DNA of 64,000 nt, taken from contig JAFSNK010000021.1 in assembly GCA_017447445.1 (NCBI GenBank), forward strand, positions 122,514 to 186,513. The letters run 5' to 3'. Position 1 is the first letter of the stretch. Every line of letters starts with the position of its first letter. This stretch comes from Clostridia bacterium (GTDB lineage Bacteria > Bacillota > Clostridia > Oscillospirales > CAG-382). Below the pieces are notes generated by a model. It saw only the letters and a program-made list of their open reading frames with translations. It had not been told where the DNA came from and did not search any database. A program made the position numbers and the translations under genes. This document shows, piece after piece, positions 29,045-39,100 of the stretch.

Positions 29045-29662
29045 TTACTCACTTTCGATATTTCTTAAAACGTCGGATACGTCGGATGACGAAAACCCGG
29101 CGCGCAGCAGACCGGAATAAACCTTCCGGCGGTATTTTTCGTCGGAAGCGATGCGTTCCCCGTCGTACTTTTTCGCGATATATTCCCTTATGCGTTCGTA
29201 CTGATCCTCTTCGGCGTATTTAGCCAAAGCGTTTTCGATATTCTCGCGGGAGATGCCGCGGCGGTACAGTTGTTCGCGTATCCTTCCGAGCCCCATGTTT
29301 TTATACTCGTAAAACGTTTCGGCGTACCGTTCGGCAAGGCGAGCGTCGTCTACGTAGCCGCGTTCGGCAAAAAGCGAAGCGACTTCCGCGCTGAGCTCCG
29401 CGGGGAACTTTTTTCTTAACTTATCGCGCAGTTGGCGTTCGGACAGATCGCCGTATTCAAGGTGCGTGAACGCTTTTTGGATGCAGGCGAGCCGTTCACG
29501 CGATTCGCACAGCGAGGCGTATTCGCTTTCGTCAATAACGCCGTCCTCTTCCAAACCGAGCGTGTCGACGTCGTGCGCGGTTATGCGGAAGCTTTCGCCT
29601 TCGCAGATAACTGTCACCTCGTTGCTGCCCTCGGCGCGTCTGATCGCGTTTATCCGGTACAT
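29045..29662 (-). CDS. recX: Regulatory protein RecX
   Basis: LRDKL, GYVDD, LYRRGI, LLRAGF; follows recA. Confidence 0.85.
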   Translation of the reverse strand: MYRINAIRRAEGSNEVTVICEGESFRITAHDVDTLGLEEDGVIDESEYASLCESRERLACIQKAFTHLEYGDLSERQLRDKLRKKFPAELSAEVASLFAERGYVDDARLAERYAETFYEYKNMGLGRIREQLYRRGISRENIENALAKYAEEDQYERIREYIAKKYDGERIASDEKYRRKVYSGLLRAGFSSSDVSDVLRNIESE

Positions 29663-29674
29663 ACTGAAAGCGGC

Positions 29675-30727
29675 TTACTGCTCTTCGTCGAAGTATTCGT
29701 CGGCGCTGACGGTTTCGGGACGGTGCCCGCCTTTGGCTCCGGTGCAGACCGCGAGTATCTTGGAAGCGAGCTCGTCCGCAAGCTCTTTGTTCTCCTCCAG
29801 CAGAGCGCGCACTTTATCCTTGCCCTGACCGAGCTTTTCGCCGTCGTAGGAAAGCCAAGAGCCGCTCTTTTCGATAAGGCCGTTGGCGATGCCGAGTTCT
29901 ATTATCTCGCTCTCGCGGGAAATGCCTTTGCCGTAAATGATATCGAACTCCGCGGTGCGGAAGGGCGGAGCGACTTTGTTTTTGACGACTTTGCATTTGA
30001 CGTGGTTGCCGATTATCTCGCTGCCGTTCTTAAGCTGTTCCGATTTGCGGACGTCGAGCCGCACGGACGCGTAGAATTTGAGCGCTCTGCCGCCGGTTGT
30101 GGTCTCGGGGTTGCCGTACACTATGCCCACCTTTTCGCGAAGCTGGTTTATGAATATGACGATGCAGCTCGATTTGGCGATGGCGCCGGAAAGCTTGCGC
30201 AGCGCCTGGGACATAAGTCTTGCGTGAAGACCGACGTGCGAATCGCCCATATCGCCGTCGATCTCGTTCTTCGGCACGAGCGCCGCGACCGAGTCTACGA
30301 CCACGACTTCGACAGCGCCGGAACGGACGAGCGCTTCGGTTATCTCGAGCGCCTGTTCGCCGTAATCGGGCTGGGACACGAGCAGAGCGTCGGTATCTAC
30401 GCCGAGCGCGTGCGCGTAGATCGGATCGAGCGCGTGCTCCGCGTCGATGAACGCGGCTTCTCCGCCCGCTTTCTGCACCTCCGCGATTATATGGAGCGCA
30501 AGAGTCGTTTTACCGGAAGATTCCGGGCCGAAGATCTCTATTATCCTGCCCTTGGGAACGCCGCCGATACCCAAAGCGATATCGAGAGAGAGCGAACCGG
30601 TGGGAACGCTTTTGACTTCCATACCCGCGTTTTCGCCCAAGCGCATAATGGCGCCTTTGCCGCACTGCTTTTCTATTTGTGCAAGAGCCGTTTCAAGCGC
30701 CTGTCTTTTACTGTCCTTTGTAGCCAT
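29675..30727 (-). CDS. recA: Recombinase A
   Basis: [27 protein letters not shown]. Confidence 0.98.
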   Translation of the reverse strand: MATKDSKRQALETALAQIEKQCGKGAIMRLGENAGMEVKSVPTGSLSLDIALGIGGVPKGRIIEIFGPESSGKTTLALHIIAEVQKAGGEAAFIDAEHALDPIYAHALGVDTDALLVSQPDYGEQALEITEALVRSGAVEVVVVDSVAALVPKNEIDGDMGDSHVGLHARLMSQALRKLSGAIAKSSCIVIFINQLREKVGIVYGNPETTTGGRALKFYASVRLDVRKSEQLKNGSEIIGNHVKCKVVKNKVAPPFRTAEFDIIYGKGISRESEIIELGIANGLIEKSGSWLSYDGEKLGQGKDKVRALLEENKELADELASKILAVCTGAKGGHRPETVSADEYFDEEQ

Positions 30728-30740
30728 ATTTTACCTCCGT

Positions 30741-30788
30741 CGAACTTTTGTTCTTTTTTATTATAACACGCCGCGTACGGTTTGTCAA
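30741..30788 (-). promoter_or_regulatory. recA promoter with LexA (Cheo) box
   Basis: TTGACA-17-TATAAT (30788-30760); CGAAC-TTTT-GTTCT at 30741-30754. Confidence 0.9.
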
Positions 30789-30945
30789 TCGCTTTTTCTT
30801 CATTTTCACGTCTTTTGTCGGTTTATACATTTTTCGTCAAAAGAACATAAAAAAAACTTTTGTTTTGTTGAAAAGACATATATACAAAACCGCGATTTTG
30901 AGATAAAATATTATCACAATGAAATAAACGGCAAGGAGAAACAAC

Positions 30946-32067
30946 ATGGCGGCTAATTCTCATCACGGCAAAATGGGTCTTATCGTAATGCAGAGCTGCA
31001 CGCAGCTCGGCACAGAGGTGGACCAGTTCATCAAGCAGTTGAGAAACGAGGATGAAAGCGAGGAAAGCTATATCATCCCCATTCAGGAGATCCGTTTCAG
31101 CAACGGCGAAGGCAAAGTAAAGATCAACGATTCGGTCCGCGGCAGAGATATCTATATTCTTTGCGACATAGGCAACTACAGTTGTACCTATAATCTTTAC
31201 GGACACGAAAACTTTATGAGTCCGGACGAACACTTCCGCGACATCAAACGCGTGCTTTCCGCCATAAACGGCAAAGCCGACAGGATAACCGTGCTTATGC
31301 CGCTCCTTTATTCCTCGCGCCAGCACAAGCGCAAAGGCAGAGAATCGCTCGACTGCGCGATGGCTCTTGAAGAACTGCAGGCGCTCGGAGTCGACTGCAT
31401 ACTCACCTTCGACGCGCACGACCCGACTATCTGCAACGCCATACCCAGCACTTCTTTCGAAAACATATATCCCACCTATTCAATGCTGAAGCGCTTTATT
31501 CAGAACGAGGGCGACGATATATTCAAGGATAATATGACGGTCATCAGCCCGGATACCGGCGCGATGGACCGCGCGGTGTATTACGCGAACGTGCTTGGGC
31601 TCGACGTAGGTATGTTCTACAAGAGGCGCGACCACACGCGAATAGTAAACGGCAAGAACCCGATAGTCCAGCATGAATACATAGGCGGTCCGCTTGAAAA
31701 CAAGCGCGTGCTTATAATCGACGATATGATCGCCTCCGGCGAATCGGTTATCGACGTTATCAACGAGATCCAGAAGCAGAACGTTTCCGACGTATACGCC
31801 GCGGTGACCTTCGCGTTTTTCACCAACGGGCTTGAAAAGTTCGACAAGCTTTACGAGGAAGGCAAGCTCAAAAAGATCTATTCCACCAACCTTACCTACG
31901 TTTCGCCCGAGCTTATGAGCCGCCCGTGGTTCGTTCCCGTCGATATGTCCAAGTTCATAGCGAAGATACTCAACACGCTGAACAACGACGAATCGATCTC
32001 CCCGCTGCTCGACAGCGCAGCGCGTATCCGCCGCCTGCTCAAACGCTATAATCAGCTCCCGGAATAA
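30946..32067 (+). CDS. prs: Ribose-phosphate pyrophosphokinase
   Basis: RFSNGE, SRQH, DAH, VISPDTG, IIDDMIASG. Confidence 0.9.
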   Translation: MAANSHHGKMGLIVMQSCTQLGTEVDQFIKQLRNEDESEESYIIPIQEIRFSNGEGKVKINDSVRGRDIYILCDIGNYSCTYNLYGHENFMSPDEHFRDIKRVLSAINGKADRITVLMPLLYSSRQHKRKGRESLDCAMALEELQALGVDCILTFDAHDPTICNAIPSTSFENIYPTYSMLKRFIQNEGDDIFKDNMTVISPDTGAMDRAVYYANVLGLDVGMFYKRRDHTRIVNGKNPIVQHEYIGGPLENKRVLIIDDMIASGESVIDVINEIQKQNVSDVYAAVTFAFFTNGLEKFDKLYEEGKLKKIYSTNLTYVSPELMSRPWFVPVDMSKFIAKILNTLNNDESISPLLDSAARIRRLLKRYNQLPE

Positions 32068-32090
32068 TAAAACGGCAAACCGAAAAACAG

Positions 32091-32115
32091 ATGCGCTTCG
32101 CCCGAGGCGCATTTT
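32091..32115 (+). terminator. Intrinsic terminator
   Basis: ATGCGCTTCG..CGAGGCGCAT + TTT. Confidence 0.65.
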
Positions 32116-32230
32116 GTTCTGTTTGATTTTGATAATATAAAATGTAAAAACATATGAAAAAATGCGAAATTTGTTGTTGACAAAGCAAAATAATTATGTT
32201 ATTATAACTGTGTATGAAAACTTATGTTTT

Positions 32231-32275
32231 CTCCTTACTCCGCACCTGTTGCGGGGTCAAAGTCCAAAAGGAGGT
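32231..32275 (+). ncRNA. S6:S18 ribosomal-protein leader (rpsF leader)
   Basis: CTCCTT pairs with AAGGAG RBS; inner hairpin and unpaired CCA before the RBS; promoter TTGACA-17-TATTAT at 32177-32205. Confidence 0.65.
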
Positions 32276-32280
32276 GTTAA

Positions 32281-32577
32281 ATGATGGAGCAGAAATCTTT
32301 GTACGAAACCGTGTTTGTCGTAAACAGCGCGCTTGGCGAAGAAGCAGTCCAGGCGATCTGCGACAAGTTTACCTCTCTCATTGAAGCGAACGCAGAAGTC
32401 GATTCGGTCAATGTTTGGGGCAACCGGAAATTTGCGTACCCCATCGAGGATCTTACCGAAGGTTACTACGTTCTCGTCAAATTCAAATCGGCGCACGACT
32501 TCCCGACCGAGCTTGACAGAATTTATAACATAACCGACGGCATTCTTCGTTCGCTCATCGTTAAGTGCGAACAGTAA
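32281..32577 (+). CDS. rpsF: 30S ribosomal protein S6
   Basis: YETVFV, WGNRKFAYPI, EGYY, ILRSLIV. Confidence 0.95.
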   Translation: MMEQKSLYETVFVVNSALGEEAVQAICDKFTSLIEANAEVDSVNVWGNRKFAYPIEDLTEGYYVLVKFKSAHDFPTELDRIYNITDGILRSLIVKCEQ

Positions 32578-32608
32578 AACAGCTTCATTTCGAAAGGTGA
32601 GGTAAAAA

Positions 32609-33055
32609 ATGGCATTCAACAAAGTTATATTAGTAGGTAATCTTACCGCCGATCCGGAACTCAAAACCACTCCGAGCGGCGTCTCGCTTACAACGTTTTC
32701 CATTGCCGTTAACCGCCGTTTTGCAAAATCCGGCGAACAGGCGCAGACCGATTTCTTCAACATCACGGCCTGGCGCCAGACGGCTGAATTCGTCACGCGG
32801 TTCTTCACCAAGGGTCGTCCCATACTTGTTTGCGGCAGTCTGCAGACACGCACCTGGACAGACAACAACGGAACCAAGCATTACGCTACGGACATTATAG
32901 CCGACGAGGTTTCTTTTGTCGACAGGAAATCCGATAACCCCAACGCGGGCGGATACAACGCACCCGCGCAGAATGCCCAGCAGCCCACCTACAGCACCCC
33001 TACGGCGGATTCGGGATTCGAGGATCTTTCCGCGGATGACGAACTGCCCTTCTAA
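32609..33055 (+). CDS. ssb: Single-stranded DNA-binding protein
   Basis: [15 protein letters not shown]-terminal DELPF. Confidence 0.97.
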   Translation: MAFNKVILVGNLTADPELKTTPSGVSLTTFSIAVNRRFAKSGEQAQTDFFNITAWRQTAEFVTRFFTKGRPILVCGSLQTRTWTDNNGTKHYATDIIADEVSFVDRKSDNPNAGGYNAPAQNAQQPTYSTPTADSGFEDLSADDELPF

Positions 33056-33078
33056 ACAATCTGACAAGGAGGAACACC

Positions 33079-33441
33079 ATGGATAACGAACAGGTCGTTG
33101 TAAACGAAGAAGAAGAGATTATCGAAGAAGCTCCCGTTTCGGAAGAGACCGAAGCCAAAGAGCCGAAAGAAAATAGAGAACCCAGAGAAGCGCGCGAACA
33201 GCACGACCCGGCAAAAGCCGCTTTCCGCAACAAAAGAAGGAAAAAGGTCTGCGCTTTCTGCGCCGATAAGATCGACTACATCGATTACAAGGATATCAAC
33301 CGTATAAGGAAGAACCTTTCCGAGCGCGCGAAGATACTTCCGCGCAGAGTTACCGGTACCTGTGCCCGCCACCAGAGGCAGCTCACCATCGCTGTCAAGC
33401 GCGCAAGGCATCTTGCTCTTATTCCTTATATCACCGACTGA
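33079..33441 (+). CDS. rpsR: 30S ribosomal protein S18 with acidic N-terminal extension
   Basis: [27 protein letters not shown]; AAGGAGG RBS. Confidence 0.95.
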   Translation: MDNEQVVVNEEEEIIEEAPVSEETEAKEPKENREPREAREQHDPAKAAFRNKRRKKVCAFCADKIDYIDYKDINRIRKNLSERAKILPRRVTGTCARHQRQLTIAVKRARHLALIPYITD

Positions 33442-33499
33442 TCTACGTCGCAAACGGGCAGGCATTATTGTCTGTCCGTTTTTTCGTTGAGGGAACGCC

Positions 33500-34309
33500 A
33501 TGCTTGAAAAGATAAAAGAAATACTTAAAGCCGAGGGGCTGGAAAGCGCGGGTATGCTTCCGATAAGCGAATGCGAGATAATAAACCCGCGTCTGCTGCC
33601 GGATTTCGCAAAAAGCGCCGTGATGTTCACGATCCCATACCGCACTTTCGATACCCCGGCTTCGGACGGGTTTTCGGAATACGCCCGGATGTACGATTAC
33701 CACAAATTCGCGCGCGGGCTTTACGAAAGGATAGTCCCCGCCGTCGAAAGCGCAACGGTCGCAAAAGTCCGCGGCTTCTGCGACCATTCGCCTATTAACG
33801 AAAAGCTCGCCGCCGCGAAATGCGGTTTGGGCGTTATAGGGCGCAATTCGCTGTTTATCGACAAACGCTACGGCAGCTTCGTTTTCCTCGGTTCGATGAT
33901 TACCGACGCGGAATGCGAAGAGCGCGCGAAGCCGGTGGAATACTGCGTAAACTGCGGCAGATGCGCCGAAAAATGCCCCGGCAAAGCGATAGGCGAAAAC
34001 GGGATAGCCCCCGCGAAATGCCTTTCGTCTATTTCGCAGAGCAAGCACCGGACCGAAGAGGAGCGCCTGTTGCTGCGCGAAAACGGCGTTATTTGGGGGT
34101 GCGATATCTGCCAGCTCGTCTGCCCTTACAACGATACCGCCGAAAGATCGAAGATAGCTTATTTCAAAGAGACGCGCAGAGAAAGAATAGACAAAGAATT
34201 CATCGAATCGCTTTCCAAGGAAGAATTCGAAAAATACGCGTTTTCTTACAGGGGCAGAAAGCTCGTGCTTGAAAATATCGAAAACGCAAGCGGCAAAACA
34301 CTTGACTAA
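33500..34309 (+). CDS. Epoxyqueuosine reductase (QueG)-like Fe-S protein
   Basis: DYH, GLGVIGRN, GSFVFLG, CxxCxxCxxxCP, WGCDICQLVCP. Confidence 0.8.
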   Translation: MLEKIKEILKAEGLESAGMLPISECEIINPRLLPDFAKSAVMFTIPYRTFDTPASDGFSEYARMYDYHKFARGLYERIVPAVESATVAKVRGFCDHSPINEKLAAAKCGLGVIGRNSLFIDKRYGSFVFLGSMITDAECEERAKPVEYCVNCGRCAEKCPGKAIGENGIAPAKCLSSISQSKHRTEEERLLLRENGVIWGCDICQLVCPYNDTAERSKIAYFKETRRERIDKEFIESLSKEEFEKYAFSYRGRKLVLENIENASGKTLD

Positions 34310-34363
34310 ACGCCGCCGGGATGATAGAATACATATTGTTATAAGGTTTTAACGGAGGACGCC

Positions 34364-34921
34364 ATGAGCGCAAACGAACAAATAAAGCAAATATCCCAGC
34401 GCATTTTTTACCTGCGCGACGCTTTGGATATTTCCGCCGAGGAAGTCGCGGAGCGGCTGAGCATTCCTTTGGAGGAATATCTTTCCTACGAGCGCGGCGA
34501 ACGCGATATACCCATAAGCATTATTTACGAAACGGCGGCGATACTCGGAGTCGATCCCACGGAAATACTTATCGGCGAAGCGCCGCGTATGTCCGAATAC
34601 TGCGTCACGCGAAAGGGCCACGGCGTTAAAGTGGAACGCTTCGCCGGGTATTCCTTCGAGGCGCTCGCGCACAACTTCATCGGGCGCGACAAGGAACCGA
34701 TGATAGTAACGATTAACGCTTCGGACAAGCACGCCGACCTAGTTTCGCATTCCGGGCAGGAGTTCAACTATGTGCTTTCGGGAAAGATCGGCGTTACCGT
34801 CGGCTCCCGCACCTTCGAGCTTTCGGAGGGCGATTCGATCTACTTCAAGCCGTCGATCCCGCACGGGCAGTACGCCATAAGCGAAACGGCGAAGTTCCTT
34901 ACGATAATAGATAAAGAATGA
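34364..34921 (+). CDS. XRE HTH-cupin transcriptional regulator
   Basis: YLSYERGERDIP HTH; HSGQEFNYV, EGDSIYF cupin; promoter TTGACT-17-TAGAAT. Confidence 0.88.
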   Translation: MSANEQIKQISQRIFYLRDALDISAEEVAERLSIPLEEYLSYERGERDIPISIIYETAAILGVDPTEILIGEAPRMSEYCVTRKGHGVKVERFAGYSFEALAHNFIGRDKEPMIVTINASDKHADLVSHSGQEFNYVLSGKIGVTVGSRTFELSEGDSIYFKPSIPHGQYAISETAKFLTIIDKE

Positions 34922-35730
34922 ACACGGGATTCCGCAAGAAAAAGCAATACGGGCAGAATTTTTTAACCAATTCCGCCATTCCGCGCCGCATCGCGCAGGA
35001 AAGCGGGATAACAAAAGAAGACGGCGTTATCGAGATCGGTCCCGGGTTCGGGATCTTAACGCGCGAGCTTTGCGCCGCCGCGAAAAAAGTGGTTTCGGTG
35101 GAGATCGACGGCGAGCTTACCGGAATACTTAACGAAAAGCTCGCGGACGCCGGCAATTTCAAGCTTATAAACGCCGACATACTCGAACTCGATATAAAAA
35201 AACTGATCTCGGAAGAGTTTGACGGCATGGAAGTCTGCGTCTGCGCCAATCTGCCGTATTATATTACTTCCGAAATAGTTATGAAGCTGCTGGAGGGCGG
35301 ATACGGCTTCCGCAGCATTACCGTTATGGTGCAGAAGGAGGTCGCGGAAAGGTTCACTTCCCTTCCGGGATCGAAGAACTTCGGCGCAGTTACGGCGGCT
35401 ATCAGCTACTACGCCAAAGTAAAAAAGCTTTTCACCGTAAAAGCCGGTTCGTTCGATCCGAAGCCGAAGGTCGACAGCGCGGTGATACGTTTTGACGTTT
35501 ACAAAAAGCCCCCGGTCGAAGTCAACGACGAAAAAACGCTTTTCGCGGTGATACGCGCCGCTTTCTCGCAGCGGCGCAAAACGCTTGCGAATTCGCTGTA
35601 TTCCGGCTTTGCGGAAAAATATTCGAAAGAAGAGATCGCGGGAATACTGCTCGCTTGCGGCGTTGATCCGAACGCCCGCCCGGAGGTTCTGGGTATAGAA
35701 CAGTTTGCGGGAATAGCGAACAGTTTTTAA
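34918..35730 (+). CDS. rsmA: 16S rRNA dimethyltransferase
   Basis: GQNFL, EIGPGFG, ANLPYYIT, FSQRRKTL. Confidence 0.95.
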   Translation: MNTGFRKKKQYGQNFLTNSAIPRRIAQESGITKEDGVIEIGPGFGILTRELCAAAKKVVSVEIDGELTGILNEKLADAGNFKLINADILELDIKKLISEEFDGMEVCVCANLPYYITSEIVMKLLEGGYGFRSITVMVQKEVAERFTSLPGSKNFGAVTAAISYYAKVKKLFTVKAGSFDPKPKVDSAVIRFDVYKKPPVEVNDEKTLFAVIRAAFSQRRKTLANSLYSGFAEKYSKEEIAGILLACGVDPNARPEVLGIEQFAGIANSF

Positions 35731-35849
35731 TATAAGCGATGCAAAGTGTTTTCTGCAAGCCAACCGTAAGCGCCGTAAGATGCTTTTCTTACAAACAAAA
35801 GGAGTCGATCCGTAACGGACCGGCTCCTTATATTATTTTCAATATGTGA

Positions 35850-36183
35850 TTAAACTCTCTTTTTGTTCCTGTCTTCAAGTATTTCGGCTTTTGTAAGCCT
35901 GTACTTTGCCGCTATATCGTCCGCGTAGCTTGCGGAAGAATCGCCTGGCAGTATCTTAAAGAACCTTTCGTGCGTGGCTTCATCCAGATGTAAAGTAGAA
36001 CGCGAACAAAAGCAGCGGTATGGTAATAATACTCAACATACCGAATGAACCCGTAAGCAGCGCGGTGAAAACGGTAAAGAACAGGATCAACCTGAACAGA
36101 AAACTCTTTGCCGGAGATAATATTAAACGTTTTTCATCGGCGGCGCCTATGATGATTTCGGTAATCGAAGCAAATTTATGCAT
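35850..36183 (-). pseudogene. Probably frameshifted small membrane protein
   Basis: 67-aa 2-TM ORF stops at 35980; another frame continues 50 codons (..DEATHERFFKILPG..KKRV) to 35850. Confidence 0.45.
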
Positions 36184-36189
36184 GATTCG

Positions 36190-36819
36190 TTAAAACGTAT
36201 TGTACCTTATGATCTCCAGCGAGGACGCGATAAGGCGCGCGGAACCCTCGACGCCGAAACGCCCGCTGTCGACCATAAGATCGAAGTTGTGCGGATCGCC
36301 CCAGTTTTTGCCGGTATAGAAGTTATAGTAAGAGGCGCGCTTTTTGTCCGCCTTCTGTATCGCTTTGCGGGCGGAGTTATCGTCCGAGCCCGGGAACCGG
36401 TTTTTATAATTCTCGACGCGTTTTTCAATGGAAGCGTATATGTAGACCCGCAGAAGTCCTTCGACTCCGGCAAGCACGTCGTCCGCGCAGCGGCCGATTA
36501 TTAAGCAGTCGCCCGCTTCGGCGATCTTTTTTATTTCCGCGGACTGTATGTTGAACACCCGGTCGGTAAGAATATCGTCGTGCGTGCCGAAATGGATAAC
36601 GCTGCCGCTGTAGTTGGACATCGCGAGCGAATAAAGGAAGCTTGAAGTCGCCTGCTCGTCCGCTTTTTCAAACGTTTCCCGCGGGATGCCGTGCTCCTGC
36701 GCGATACTTACGAGCGCTTCTCTGTCGTAAACCGGGATACCGGTTAGCTCGGATAGTTTTTGCCCTATCTCGGAGCCCATGGATCCGTACTGCCTTGCGA
36801 TCGTGATTATCCTTTTCAT
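36190..36819 (-). CDS. Cytidylate kinase-like family protein
   Basis: IITIARQYGSMG, IIGRCAD, DKKRASYYNFYTG. Confidence 0.85.
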   Translation of the reverse strand: MKRIITIARQYGSMGSEIGQKLSELTGIPVYDREALVSIAQEHGIPRETFEKADEQATSSFLYSLAMSNYSGSVIHFGTHDDILTDRVFNIQSAEIKKIAEAGDCLIIGRCADDVLAGVEGLLRVYIYASIEKRVENYKNRFPGSDDNSARKAIQKADKKRASYYNFYTGKNWGDPHNFDLMVDSGRFGVEGSARLIASSLEIIRYNTF

Positions 36820-36897
36820 TTTACGTTCTCCTTTCGGTATTGCAAAATCATAAAGATTATGATATAATAAATCAGTTATAATAACTATTATGAGGTA

Positions 36898-37557
36898 ATG
36901 ATGAAATACGAAATACTGCTGTTCGACCTTGACGGGACTCTTGTCGACACGCTTGAAGGCGTTGTAAAGTCCGCACAGTACGCGTTGAAGCACTTCGGCA
37001 TCGACGAAAAGATCGAAGATATGGACTTTTTCCTCGGCCCGCCGCTGCGCTATACGTTCACGACGCATTACGGTTTTTCCGACGAACAGGCGGCCCAAGC
37101 CATTGAAAAATACCGCGAGCGCTACCGCGTTTACGGCAAGCTCGAATCGCGGCTATTCCCCTGCTTCCCCGCGATGCTGGACGAACTGACCGCCGCCGGA
37201 TACCGGCTCGGAGTGGCTACTTCGAAATACGAAAACAGCGCGGTGGATATTCTTTCCTACCTCGGCGTTGCCGACAGATTCGAATATATCACCGGTTCGA
37301 ACGCGGACGAGACCATAAGCGAAAAGCACGAGGTGATTCTTGAGGCGTTAAGGCGGTTCGGCATTCCCGACGAAAAGAACAAAGCGCTTATGATAGGAGA
37401 TATGAAATACGACGATATCGGAGCGCGTAAGGCAGGGATCGATTGCTGCGGGGTTTACACCGGCACCGCTTTTCCGCCGGAGCACGAGCTTGCCGGCGCG
37501 ACATATATTATGAGCTCATTCGACGCGCTGCGCGAATTCCTGCTTTCCGCGGATTAA
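36898..37557 (+). CDS. HAD-family phosphatase
   Basis: FDLDGTL, GPPL, ATSK, MIGD. Confidence 0.88.
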   Translation: MMKYEILLFDLDGTLVDTLEGVVKSAQYALKHFGIDEKIEDMDFFLGPPLRYTFTTHYGFSDEQAAQAIEKYRERYRVYGKLESRLFPCFPAMLDELTAAGYRLGVATSKYENSAVDILSYLGVADRFEYITGSNADETISEKHEVILEALRRFGIPDEKNKALMIGDMKYDDIGARKAGIDCCGVYTGTAFPPEHELAGATYIMSSFDALREFLLSAD

Positions 37558-38083
37558 CGTTTTGCGGTATTGTTTTCCTCTTTTTCTTTTCTTTCCGCTT
37601 CCTTTGTTTCTCCGCGCGTGCGGAACAGCTCGTTTTCCCTGCCGGTTATGCGGCACATAAAGTCCGTATAACGGCGTTTTGTCCCGCGGTAGTTAAACAG
37701 AAGTAATATCCCTATGATTATTGCGGCGGCAAGTATAACGTTGGCAGTATACAGCGAGGCGCCGCGCGACTCGGCATAGAAGCGGACGATAAAAGCCAAA
37801 GCGTTATCAAAGCGGTGAAAATATAATCAAGTACGCTTTTGGTGAATATACCTTTTATACAGCTGCGCCCGCCTTCGCCGCTTATTTTTCCGCGAAAGAC
37901 CGCGGCATACGGTTCATGCACCTAATTGGATTTGCGGATAAGCTTTATCCTGTCGCCGTTTCGCTTTGATACAAAAATCAGATCCAGCGTTTCGTCGCTT
38001 CCGGCAAACCGTGCGGAGGAGGTATATTCATCCCGGCGGGATATAAGTTCTTCTTTTGAATAATCGCTTTCGAGCTCTACCAT
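37554..38083 (-). pseudogene. Disrupted membrane protein gene
   Basis: GGAGG-ATG at 38083, in-frame TAG at 37922-37924, frame continues, then shifts near 37800 into the 37554-37799 ORF. Confidence 0.6.
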
Positions 38084-38171
38084 CCGGTTTCCTCCGTTCG
38101 CAAATCTTATTCATAACTTATTTTATCACATTTTTTCCCGCAAGTCAATCACAAAGAAAGGAGAATAACGT

Positions 38172-38999
38172 TTGAAACGCCTGTGGAAAGCAATCAAGTA
38201 TTTCGGCAGAAAGGTATCCGCGAACCGCATGGGCGCCTATTCGGCGCAGACGGCTTTCTTTATGTTTCTTTCGCTTATCCCGCTTGTGATGCTTTTGCTT
38301 ACCATGCTTTCCAAATTCGGGACCACCTCCGAAGAGATAATAAGCAACGTCCAGAACGTCGCGCCGAGCTTCCTGCTGCGCTTTTTGAACATTTATCTTG
38401 ACGAAATAATCGACGTCGGGAGCATTTCGGTAACGATAGTTTCCGCCGTCGTGCTGCTCTGGTCCGCCTCACGCGGGGTGTTCGCCATAATCGGCGGGCT
38501 CAACTCGGTTTACGAGGTAAAAGAAAAACGCAATTTCTTTGTGCTTCGGCTGCTTGCGATACTTTACACCGTCGCGTTCATTGCGATGATGCTTATCGCA
38601 CTGCTGCTTATGGTGTTCGGCAACGCTATCGGCGAATACGTTTATTCGGTGATGACCGACCTAAAGGGACTGGTGTATATCATTTCCTCGCTGCGTTTCA
38701 TAATCGGCTTCGTTATGCTGGTGCTGTTCTTTATGCTCGTCTACAAAACGCTGCCCGGCGCGAAGGTGCGCTTTGCGGAGCAGATACCCGGCGCCGTTAT
38801 AAGCAGCGCGGGCTGGGTCGCGTTTTCGATACTCTTCTCCTTCTATATCGATAATTTCAGCAACTATTCGAACATCTACGGCTCACTAACGATAATAATC
38901 GTGCTGCTGCTGTGGCTTTACGGCTGTATGTATATTATGTTCATCGGCGCCGAGGTGAACTTTATACTTTCTTCCAAGCTGCGCGAAATAAAGCAGTGA
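38172..38999 (+). CDS. YihY/BrkB family membrane protein
   Basis: AQTAFF..LSLIP, WSASRG, IYGSL..LLWLY..GAEVN. Confidence 0.88.
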   Translation: MKRLWKAIKYFGRKVSANRMGAYSAQTAFFMFLSLIPLVMLLLTMLSKFGTTSEEIISNVQNVAPSFLLRFLNIYLDEIIDVGSISVTIVSAVVLLWSASRGVFAIIGGLNSVYEVKEKRNFFVLRLLAILYTVAFIAMMLIALLLMVFGNAIGEYVYSVMTDLKGLVYIISSLRFIIGFVMLVLFFMLVYKTLPGAKVRFAEQIPGAVISSAGWVAFSILFSFYIDNFSNYSNIYGSLTIIIVLLLWLYGCMYIMFIGAEVNFILSSKLREIKQ

Positions 39000-39042
39000 T
39001 TTACAATATATGGATTTCGCGCAAGAATTTTTATAATATCTA

Positions 39043-39071
39043 TTGCAACGTCTGATATTTAATGTTATAAT
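39043..39071 (+). promoter_or_regulatory. Sigma-A promoter of MBOAT operon
   Basis: TTGCAA-17-TATAAT with TG extension. Confidence 0.7.
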
Positions 39072-39100
39072 ATAATAACATATACTGTATGGAGTGAAAA

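Noticed and set aside
37922-37924. Amber readthrough (pyrrolysine or recoding)
   Set aside because: The same gene also has a frameshift, TAG ends other genes in the window, and no pyl genes are seen
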